Of a stretch of 35,497 bases of DNA, positions 17,199 to 24,438 are shown piece after piece. The translations under genes were made by a program, and so were the position numbers. Position 1 is the stretch's first letter; the number at the start of each line of letters is the position of its first letter. Origin of the DNA: Candidatus Omnitrophota bacterium (GTDB lineage: Bacteria > Omnitrophota > Gorgyraeia > Gygaellales > Profunditerraquicolaceae); the NCBI GenBank assembly GCA_041308885.1, contig JBFZAQ010000203.1, positions 1 to 35,497 of the forward strand. The letters run 5' to 3'. Under the pieces are notes generated by a model. That model saw only the letters and a list, made by a program, of their open reading frames with translations. It had not been told where the DNA came from and did no database searches.

Positions 17199-17669
17199 TT
17201 ATTTCCTGAAGTTAAATTCTTTTTGCGGCAATCTTTCTCTAATCAACTCTGAAATCTTATGCACAAACTCCTCAGCAATCTTCAAGGCGTCTTTAGCCTC
17301 TTTCATAGAACAAGGAATTTCAGGCTCGTAGATAAACCTGTTTCTTTTCTTCCTCATAAAATCATAATCATTAATAAGCTGCTTAAAGCTATCTCCTAAG
17401 ATTAAACTCGCGAATCTCACAACCGTCGCATGCTTATCCTTTATATCCGGACGGTAACCTTCAATAAACATAAGCGCCAGCCCGGAACGCAACATCGCAT
17501 TATACGCATAATTAAACGCGCATTCTTCGTCCTGGCCTAAGTTTCTTTTGGCAGTCTTAAGATCGACGTAAGCGCGCTTCAACAAATTAAGGATAGATCT
17601 ATCATCAGCAGGGCACTTCTTGATCAAACCATCCTTAAAAAGGGCTTCTTTTGATTCCTTATAAGCCAT
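17199..17669 (-). CDS. HEPN domain protein (putative toxin of a HEPN-MNT pair)
   Basis: A helical protein of about 156 aa with an ...MRKKRNRFIYEPE... block typical of HEPN-family proteins. It overlaps the upstream nucleotidyltransferase gene by 11 nt. Confidence 0.7.
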   Translation of the reverse strand: MAYKESKEALFKDGLIKKCPADDRSILNLLKRAYVDLKTAKRNLGQDEECAFNYAYNAMLRSGLALMFIEGYRPDIKDKHATVVRFASLILGDSFKQLINDYDFMRKKRNRFIYEPEIPCSMKEAKDALKIAEEFVHKISELIRERLPQKEFNFRK

Positions 17670-18234
17670 CTTCTTTACCGACCAGCATTATTTTGGGTCT
17701 CTTTAATAAATCCAAAATGAATCCGCTTCTTGCTGCCTTTTTCGCTTTGTATTCCTGCCAGGAATAAATTGTGGGGTTTATCTCTCTTTTTAGCTTCTTC
17801 TCCAAAATAGAAATCCTTTCATTCACGCAAGAGCTATCCTGATCACCGATAACCATAAGATCGATATCGCTGGCCGAATTTTCTTTTTTTGAGGCAAACG
17901 AACCATAGATGAAAGCGGTTTTTAAACCCTGAATCGATACCAAAGAATTCCTGAGGCTCGCCTCTACCCCGACCGTCTTGGAAACAATACTTTTTAATTC
18001 ATCAAACAAAGGATGGCTTCGGTTAAGGGAATAATAAAGAAGATTACCGACTCTCCGGGTCTTGAATAAATTATCCTTCTGGAATCTCAATAGTTCCCTG
18101 CGGATATTACCGGCAGAATATCCTAATACGCGCTGAAGCTCCCTTAAGTAATATTCCTGAAGCGCATTAGTAAAGAATAAGGCGAGCAGCCCCTGCCTGA
18201 TTTTCGATTTTGCAATATAAAGGCTATCCAGCAT
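17659..18234 (-). CDS. winged-HTH plus minimal nucleotidyltransferase (MNT) domain protein (putative antitoxin)
   Basis: YGSFASKKENSASDIDLMVIGD is the GS-X9-10-D-X-D minimal NTase signature. The N-terminal YYLRELQRVLGYSAGNIRRELLRF is wHTH-like. Confidence 0.8.
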   Translation of the reverse strand: MLDSLYIAKSKIRQGLLALFFTNALQEYYLRELQRVLGYSAGNIRRELLRFQKDNLFKTRRVGNLLYYSLNRSHPLFDELKSIVSKTVGVEASLRNSLVSIQGLKTAFIYGSFASKKENSASDIDLMVIGDQDSSCVNERISILEKKLKREINPTIYSWQEYKAKKAARSGFILDLLKRPKIMLVGKEDGL

Positions 18235-18249
18235 ACATACTCCGTTTTA

Positions 18250-18284
18250 AGTACAATTGTACTCAAAATAGGATACAGTGTCAA
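18250..18284 (-). promoter_or_regulatory. sigma70-type promoter with overlapping palindromic operator for the MNT-HEPN cassette
   Basis: On the minus strand: TTGACA (18284-18279), 17 nt, TACAAT (18261-18256). The perfect 14-bp palindrome AGTACAATTGTACT (18250-18263) overlaps the -10 box. GGAG lies 5 nt before ATG 18234. Confidence 0.6.
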
Positions 18285-18320
18285 TATTTACTATTTCTTG
18301 CGCATCTGTAGTTTTTTGTG

Positions 18321-18417
18321 CCCGGCGCGCGATATCTTATCCACTAACGGCGGCTCAGTAATCTTCCAAAAACAGCCCATGCTCCCGACCGCCGGAACCA
18401 ACGACTAATATTCGCAT
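18321..18417 (-). pseudogene. decayed duplicate of the first ~32 codons of purD
   Basis: It aligns with 17061-17158 at roughly four-fifths identity by eye, with a 1-nt insertion and a 2-nt deletion. It reads [20 protein letters not shown] then a stop, versus [33 protein letters not shown] in the intact gene. Confidence 0.8.
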
Positions 18418-18541
18418 AATTTAACCGTCTTTAATTATTCAACTACGCCCCAAAGCCTTTCGCTGCGCACGGAAAAAATTTTAGTACGCAAAGTAAGGCC
18501 CGGAGCAAGATTTATGCGCGAATGGTGTTTGGTATAAATAC

Positions 18542-19411
18542 CTACTTATCCTTACTATCCTGCTTCAACGGCAGCAGACCCGCCATTTCTCCGATGACGT
18601 TAACCAGCTCCGTATTCGAGGGGACCACAATCTTAGCGTTGTTGGAGATAGCCTTCTCGACGGCTTCGAGTTTTCTTAAAACCTGGGCGTTGCCGACAAA
18701 AAACTTCTCGGCCGCTTCGTTAACCAGCTTGATCGCTTCGGCCTCACCCTCAGCCTGGAGAATCCGCGCCTGTTTGATACCTTCAGCCTTCTTGATTTCG
18801 GCCCGTTTCTGGCCGTCGGCTGCGGTTTCCGTAGCGGTAGCATAATCTATCGCGGCGATCTTTTCATTTTCGGCTTTAACGACTTTATTCATCGTCTCCT
18901 GCACATCCTTAGGAGGGTCAATTTCTTTAAGTTCAGTGCGCACAATCTCAATGCCCCAGTGCGCCGTCTCATTCATCAGAGTCTTATGCAGCTCATCATT
19001 GATCTTGCCGCGCTCGCTATTGGCCGACTTAAGAGTAAGCGTGCCGATAATATTACGCAGAGTAGTGCGGGCAAGATTAACGATCTGATATTGATAATTA
19101 AATACGTTATAGATGCAGTTTTTTACTGTCGTCTCGCTGGGCGTAACCTTGAAATAAACCTGGGCATCCACCTTGGCATTAAGATTATCAAAAGTGATGA
19201 TCTCCTGCGGCTCGGCGTCCACCATCTGCTCGGTTACGTTAACCAGATAGATATGTTCAATCACCGGAAAAACCCAGTTAAAACCGGGATTGGCGAAACG
19301 GTTGTATTTACCAAACCTCTCAACCAGCCCGCGATGGGTAGGCCGAACAATCCGAATCCCCATAAAGAATAAAACCACTAGAACTGCAACCAGCCATCCG
19401 ACGATATTCAT
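18542..19411 (-). CDS. SPFH/Band-7 (stomatin-like) membrane protein
   Basis: N-terminal TM, then IRIVRPTHRGLVERFGKYNRFANPGFNWVFPVIE...VDAQVYFKV... and an A/E-rich C-terminal helix. Confidence 0.85.
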   Translation of the reverse strand: MNIVGWLVAVLVVLFFMGIRIVRPTHRGLVERFGKYNRFANPGFNWVFPVIEHIYLVNVTEQMVDAEPQEIITFDNLNAKVDAQVYFKVTPSETTVKNCIYNVFNYQYQIVNLARTTLRNIIGTLTLKSANSERGKINDELHKTLMNETAHWGIEIVRTELKEIDPPKDVQETMNKVVKAENEKIAAIDYATATETAADGQKRAEIKKAEGIKQARILQAEGEAEAIKLVNEAAEKFFVGNAQVLRKLEAVEKAISNNAKIVVPSNTELVNVIGEMAGLLPLKQDSKDK

Positions 19412-19437
19412 TTTATCCCCTCCCGTAGAATAAACTC

Positions 19438-20451
19438 CTAAATCAACTGTACTTTCCTTGACCCCTTGACTACAGTGCCGATAATACCGGACTTTAAGCG
19501 TAAACTGGCTAATTTGCGCACTACCGCCTCAGCCGCGCCAACCCGCACAATAAGCACCATCCCTATCCCCATATTCAAAGTATGATACATCTCGTAATCG
19601 GCAATCGCGCCCTTCTCCTGGATCATGCGAAATATTTCCGGCACCGGCCAAGAACCTTTGCGGATAACCACATCCAGGTTATCCGGCAGGATACGAGCAA
19701 TCTTGTCGTAGAAGGCTCCGCCGGTGATGTGGGAGATTCCTTTAATGGTCGATAGTCGATAGTCTATAGTCGATAGTAAAGATAGAATTGGCTTGACGTA
19801 AATTCTAGTGGGTTTAAGTAATTCGGCGCTGTGATTTTTGAGTTCCCTTTCAGATAAAACCTTCCTCACTAAAGAAAATCCGTTGGAATGCAAGCCATTA
19901 GACTCCAGGCCGATCACGACATCACCGGGTTTGATGCCTGAGCCGTCGATAATCCTATCTTTCTCAACTGCCCCGACGCAAAATCCGGCGACGTCGTATT
20001 CGCCGTCACGATAGATATCCGGCATTTGGGCAGTCTCTCCGCCAATTAAAGCGCAGCCTGATTGCACGCACCCTTCGGTTATCCCGCCCACTACCTGAGA
20101 TAATACTCGCGGGGCGACTTTACTAAAAGCAATATAATCCAGGAAAAACAAAGGAACGGCCCCCACGCACAAAATATCATTAACATTCATGGCTACCGCG
20201 TCAATACCGATAGTATCGTGCTTGTTAGCCAGGGCAGCGATTTTCAACTTAGTCCCCACCCCGTCGGCCGAAGAGACCAGAATCGGATTCTTATAGGCGT
20301 TTTTATTAAAGGCAAAAAAAGATCCGAAACCGCCGATATTCTTCAGTACCTCCGGCCGGAACGACTTCTTGACCACGGATCTTAACCCGCGCTTAAACTG
20401 CTCCATCGCCGCAATATCCACCCCTGATTTTTTATAAGTTATACCGGCCAT
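19438..20451 (-). CDS. purM: phosphoribosylformylglycinamidine cyclo-ligase (AIR synthetase)
   Basis: ITYKKSGVDI..., VSSADGVGTKLKIA, GGETAQMP, HITGGAF. It carries an in-frame heptamer tract (19749-19785). Confidence 0.95.
   Translation of the reverse strand: MAGITYKKSGVDIAAMEQFKRGLRSVVKKSFRPEVLKNIGGFGSFFAFNKNAYKNPILVSSADGVGTKLKIAALANKHDTIGIDAVAMNVNDILCVGAVPLFFLDYIAFSKVAPRVLSQVVGGITEGCVQSGCALIGGETAQMPDIYRDGEYDVAGFCVGAVEKDRIIDGSGIKPGDVVIGLESNGLHSNGFSLVRKVLSERELKNHSAELLKPTRIYVKPILSLLSTIDYRLSTIKGISHITGGAFYDKIARILPDNLDVVIRKGSWPVPEIFRMIQEKGAIADYEMYHTLNMGIGMVLIVRVGAAEAVVRKLASLRLKSGIIGTVVKGSRKVQLI
19749..19785. repeat. intragenic heptamer tract TCGATAG x2, TCTATAG, TCGATAG, TAAAGAT in purM
   Basis: Read in 7-nt register. 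It encodes LSLLSTIDYRLSTIKG just upstream of the conserved HITGG block. Confidence 0.85.
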
Positions 20452-20485
20452 AAAATTATCCTTCTCTTAACTATCCTAACTGGCT

Positions 20486-20595
20486 AAATGACCAATAACC
20501 AAATCCCAAGCCCCAATGAATAACCAAATCCCAAGCCCAATTGGTAATTGGTATTGATGATTCATTGGGATTTGGAAATTGGAATTTGATCATTT
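20486..20595. repeat. family-A element, copy A4
   Basis: AAATGACCAATAACCAAATCCCAAGCCCCAATGAATAACCAAATCCCAAGCCCAATTGG, then the inverted arm TTCATTGGGATTTGGAAATTGGAATTTGATCATTT. It ends 1 nt before the purF stop codon. Confidence 0.9.
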
Positions 20596-20596
20596 A

Positions 20597-22060
20597 CTAC
20601 TGAAGATCCCCCTGTCCGCAACAGCGCGCTTCCAACGCGCACTTGCCTTGTTTCTTCTCCGGGGTAACCGGATATTTACCCGACCAACAAGCCGTGCAAT
20701 AATGCGAGGCCGGATGCTTAAAACAGGCTAACATCCCCTCAAGGCTCAAATACCCCAGCGTATCCACGTCCAGATACTGGCGGATCTTATCCAGCGATTC
20801 ATATTTATTGGCGATCAATTCCGAAGAACGGTTAAAATCAATGCCATAGAAGCAGGGAAATCGATGCGGCGGGCAAGAAATCATCAGATGCACTTCTCTA
20901 ACTCCGGCCTTACGCAAATTGCGCACCCTGATCTGCGAGGTGGTCCCGCGCACGATAGAATCATCCACTACCACAATTCTTTTTCCTTTGAGGACATCGG
21001 GCAACAAATTAAATTTAACCCTGACGCTTAGATCCCGGGTATCCTGAGCCGGCTGAATGAATGTCCTACCTACATAGTGATTGCGGATTATCCCCATCTC
21101 CAGCGGAATTCCCGATGCCGCGGAATACCCCAAGGCCGCGGAAAATCCGGAATCAGGCACCGGCACTACCAAATCTGCCTTGATCGGATGCTCCTTAGCC
21201 AGCTGCTCGCCGAGCCGGCGCCTTACCGTATGCACCGTCTGGCCGAAGACAATGGAATCGGGACGGGAAAAATAAACATGCTCAAAGATACAGGAAGCCC
21301 GGCGGTTATGCGGTCGCAACGCTTTAGGCTTGAGGCTGCGTAAGCCGTCATTAGTGATAATCACGGTTTCTCCCGGCTCTACTTCCCGCACATACCGCGC
21401 CCCGATCAGATCAAAAGCGCAGGTTTCCGAAGCTAAACAATAAGCCTTGCCTAATTTACCTAATGCCAAAGGACGAAAACCCAGCGGGTCGCGCACGCCG
21501 ATCAGCTGGTCGGTAGTCATGAACAACAAAGAATAAGCCCCTTTGATCCGCTTCAAGGCATAGAGTAAGCTCTGTTCAAAATTATAAGTCTTAGCCCGGG
21601 CCATCAGATGAATGATGATCTCGGAATCCGTAGTGGTTTGAAAGATCGATCCGCTGGCCTCAAGCGACTGGCGCAATTCTAAAGAATTCACCAAATTGCC
21701 GTTGTGGGCGATACAAATAGAGCCCTTGGCGTAATCAATCAATAGCGGCTGGGCATTTTTTAAAACGCTTGATCCGGTGGTCGAGTAGCGCACGTGCCCG
21801 ACTGCCTTGTCCCCTTTCATCTTATTTAAAAGGGCTTCATCAAAAACTTCGCTGACTAAACCGGTGGCTTTATGAACAGTCAGAACGCCCTTGTGGTTGG
21901 CCACAATTCCGCAGGCCTCCTGGCCGCGGTGCTGCAACGAATACAACCCCAGATACGTCAGCCAACTGGCTTGAGCATGGTTGCTGATCCCGAATAACCC
22001 GCAATATTCCCGCGGCTGAACACCCGGACTACTTCGCACATAGCGCGCTTTTCTCATCAT
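20597..22060 (-). CDS. purF: amidophosphoribosyltransferase (glutamine-PRPP amidotransferase) with propeptide and Fe-S cysteines
   Basis: ...EYCGLFGIS (Cys nucleophile after a leader of about 19 aa), LQHRGQE, HVRYSTTG, AHNGNL, TTDSE, PRTase loop VVVDDSIVRGTT, and C-terminal CTACWSGKYP. The 5' end overlaps the upstream paralogue by 32 nt. Confidence 0.95.
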   Translation of the reverse strand: MMRKARYVRSSPGVQPREYCGLFGISNHAQASWLTYLGLYSLQHRGQEACGIVANHKGVLTVHKATGLVSEVFDEALLNKMKGDKAVGHVRYSTTGSSVLKNAQPLLIDYAKGSICIAHNGNLVNSLELRQSLEASGSIFQTTTDSEIIIHLMARAKTYNFEQSLLYALKRIKGAYSLLFMTTDQLIGVRDPLGFRPLALGKLGKAYCLASETCAFDLIGARYVREVEPGETVIITNDGLRSLKPKALRPHNRRASCIFEHVYFSRPDSIVFGQTVHTVRRRLGEQLAKEHPIKADLVVPVPDSGFSAALGYSAASGIPLEMGIIRNHYVGRTFIQPAQDTRDLSVRVKFNLLPDVLKGKRIVVVDDSIVRGTTSQIRVRNLRKAGVREVHLMISCPPHRFPCFYGIDFNRSSELIANKYESLDKIRQYLDVDTLGYLSLEGMLACFKHPASHYCTACWSGKYPVTPEKKQGKCALEARCCGQGDLQ

Positions 22061-23468
22061 ATACTCCGCTCTTATCCGGCTCTCTGCCGGTCCAGCAATA
22101 GGTGCATAATTTTTCTCCCGGCAAACCGATTGCCGCGATCATGTCGGAAAGCTTCTGATATCGCAGGGTAGTTACCCCCAGATCCTTAGCGATCCAATCC
22201 ACCATCTTTTTATGCTGCGGGGAATCTTCGTCAAGATAAGGCGAAATATCCGTAGCATCTTTACCCTCAATGGCCCGAATAGCCCGTCGGGCTGCCAACT
22301 CGGCCAAGGTCCGGGTAGAACAATTGAATTTACACGGGTACATGAGCGGCGGACAGGCGATCCGCAAATGGATTTGTTTTGCCCCGCATTCCTTAAGCTT
22401 CTGAATGGTATAGTTCTTAAGCTGGGTCCCCCGGACAATGGAATCATCGCAAAAGACGATCATCTTATCTTTAATAATCTCCGGGACGGGGATCAATTTC
22501 ATCTTGGCGATTAGATCGCGCCGCTCCTGAGAGGCAGGGGTATAACTGCGATCAAATCCGGGAGTATATTTTACCAGGGGCCGGCGAAGCGGCACCCCCG
22601 ATTCCATCGCGTAACCTATCGCGTGGGCGGTACCCGAATCGGGTATCCCGGCAACCATATCCGCCGCGGCAGTATCATTCTTAGCCAACATCGCCCCGCT
22701 GCGCTCCCGGGCGACTTCAACATTAATTCCCTCATACGCGGAAGCCGGGACACCGGTATAGATCCATAAAAAAGAGCAGATCTGGTTAGTCTTATTCTCT
22801 TTGCGCCTTTGCTGAACGCCTTTTCCATCAATGAAGATAATCTCGCCCGGGGCAAGAAATTTCCGGATCTTAAAACCCAGATTATGAAACGCTGCCGACT
22901 CGCTGGCCACCGCCCAATCACCGCTTCTTTCCCCAACCACCAACGAAAAATACCCCAACCTATCCCGGGCGGCATATAGGCCTTCTTGAGTGAGTATCAA
23001 CAAGGAACAAGAACCCTCTATCCGGGAAAATAAATACTCTACCCCCTCAACAATGGACTTCCCCTTCAAGATAAGCTTGGCGGCCAACTCCGTCGGGTTT
23101 ACCCGGCCGTCAGCCATCTCGCTGAAAGACTTTCCGTCTTGATATAATTCTTCGGTCAGCTCCCGGGCGTTATCAATAAAACCGTCGGTAACTATGGCAA
23201 AGGAGCCGAATTTGGAATGCATGCACACCGGCTGCTCGTCGTTAGCGCTGATAACGCCGATCCCTTTATTCCCCGGCAAAGATCTGTAATCGCCGTAGAA
23301 TTTGGATTTAAACTGGCTGCCGCGGATATCATGGATCTTGCGTCTTAACTCGGCGCCCCACACGGCCATCCCGGCAAACTGCGTGCCTAAATGCGAATGA
23401 TAATCCGTGCCGTAATAGACATCTTCACCGCAATCTTTTTTTGCCACCACGCCGAATAATCCGCTCAT
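22029..23468 (-). CDS. PurF-like amidophosphoribosyltransferase paralogue with degenerate glutaminase domain (Ser in place of Cys1)
   Basis: MSGLFGVV aligns with (M)CGxxG. HRGQ is replaced by HLGTQ, the VRY(S/P)T Arg is missing (GVISAND), and HNGN is replaced by TDGF. The PRTase loop IVFCDDSIVRGTQ and the CTYCWTG Fe-S-type cysteines are retained. GGAG lies 7 nt before the ATG. Confidence 0.8.
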   Translation of the reverse strand: MSGLFGVVAKKDCGEDVYYGTDYHSHLGTQFAGMAVWGAELRRKIHDIRGSQFKSKFYGDYRSLPGNKGIGVISANDEQPVCMHSKFGSFAIVTDGFIDNARELTEELYQDGKSFSEMADGRVNPTELAAKLILKGKSIVEGVEYLFSRIEGSCSLLILTQEGLYAARDRLGYFSLVVGERSGDWAVASESAAFHNLGFKIRKFLAPGEIIFIDGKGVQQRRKENKTNQICSFLWIYTGVPASAYEGINVEVARERSGAMLAKNDTAAADMVAGIPDSGTAHAIGYAMESGVPLRRPLVKYTPGFDRSYTPASQERRDLIAKMKLIPVPEIIKDKMIVFCDDSIVRGTQLKNYTIQKLKECGAKQIHLRIACPPLMYPCKFNCSTRTLAELAARRAIRAIEGKDATDISPYLDEDSPQHKKMVDWIAKDLGVTTLRYQKLSDMIAAIGLPGEKLCTYCWTGREPDKSGVYDEKSALCAK

Positions 23469-23481
23469 TTAAATACTCCTC

Positions 23482-24306
23482 TTATAATAATTCCCGAGCG
23501 TAAGCTACGCCGTTCTTAAAAATTAATGACCCGTCGGGTGCCCACCGGCATTTTTTACCCGTCCACCGGGGATGCTGGTTCGGTTGGATATGCCGCTCGG
23601 GATGAGGCATCAGCCCAAGGATCCTGCCGGTTTCATCGCAGATCCCGGCGATATGCTCAATAGCGCCGTTAGGATTAATGGGGTAAGAACCAGCCTGGCC
23701 ATGCTCATCGCAATACCGGAACACAATCTGCCCATTTTCCTTAAGCCGTTTTAAAACGAGCGCATCTTGAACCACAAACTTCCCTTCCCCGTGCGCCACC
23801 GGCAAATAGACAACTTCCGGCAAATCCTTTACCCACACGCATTTTACTTGCGTCTTGCGTCTTGCCTGCCTGCCGGTCAGGCAGGCGTCTTGCGTCTTCA
23901 AATAAACCCACCGATCCTCGAATTTCCCCGAATCATTGATAATCAGGCTGGCTTCCTGCCGAAGCTCCGGGTTACCCGGCAGTAATCCGCTTTTAACCAA
24001 TACCTGAAAACCATTGCAGATCCCGATGATCAGCTTGCCATCGGCAATAAAGCGTTTAAGCGGGCCCAAAAGCTTGCCCTTAAGCTCATTGGCCAGAATC
24101 TTACCCGCCCCCAGATCATCACCGTAACTAAAACCACCGGGAAATGCCAAAATTTGGAATTCATCCAGCTCGCGCGCTCCGGAAACCAGGGCATTAACAT
24201 GCACCAGATCGGAATCAGCGCCCGCCTGCTCAAAGGCAAACGCCGTTTCTTGGTCGCAGTTAGTCCCCGCGGCGCGCAATACGCAAACTTGAGGTTTTCT
24301 CGCCAT
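23482..24306 (-). CDS. purQ: phosphoribosylformylglycinamidine synthase I (glutaminase subunit)
   Basis: MARKPQVCVLRAAGTNCDQE..., nucleophile elbow GICNGFQ, and C-terminal MPHPER. I moved the start to ATG 24306; the track extension (to 24384) runs into family-B repeat sequence. It carries an in-frame palindromic insert (23847-23898). Confidence 0.9.
   Translation of the reverse strand: MARKPQVCVLRAAGTNCDQETAFAFEQAGADSDLVHVNALVSGARELDEFQILAFPGGFSYGDDLGAGKILANELKGKLLGPLKRFIADGKLIIGICNGFQVLVKSGLLPGNPELRQEASLIINDSGKFEDRWVYLKTQDACLTGRQARRKTQVKCVWVKDLPEVVYLPVAHGEGKFVVQDALVLKRLKENGQIVFRYCDEHGQAGSYPINPNGAIEHIAGICDETGRILGLMPHPERHIQPNQHPRWTGKKCRWAPDGSLIFKNGVAYARELL
23847..23898. repeat. intragenic in-frame element in purQ: CTTGCGT heptamers flanking a GCCTGCCTGCC/GG(T)CAGGCAGGC palindrome
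   Basis: In 7-nt register it reads CTTGCGT CTTGCGT CTTGCCT GCCTGCC GGTCAGG CAGGCGT CTTGCGT. It encodes KTQDACLTGRQARRKTQVK. The core matches the intergenic palindrome at 11821-11840, 15037-15048 and 15653-15664. Confidence 0.85.
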
Positions 24307-24345
24307 GTTAATATCTCGCCGCCATTCTAAGCAACACTCCCAATT

Positions 24346-24422
24346 CGTCATGCTGAGGCCGCAGGCCGAAGCATCCAACGCCATTCTGGATCCTTCGGCG
24401 CCTGCGGCGCCTCAGGATGACC
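24346..24422. repeat. family-B GC-rich hairpin pair
   Basis: CGTCATGCTGAGGCCGCAGGCCGAAGCATC followed by an oppositely oriented unit TCCTTCGGCGCCTGCGGCGCCTCAGGATGACC. It lies in the LOG to purQ spacer. Confidence 0.85.
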
Positions 24423-24438
24423 AGACAGAACTTTCAAC

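Noticed and set aside
17199-18320. The TA cassette as a bona fide mobile element (IS, integron cassette or genomic islet with recombinase).
   Set aside because: The window contains no transposase, integrase, terminal inverted repeats or attC-like site. Only the flanking purD 5' duplication and the lower GC content point to acquisition. I therefore annotated it as two CDSs plus a pseudogene fragment rather than a mobile_element.
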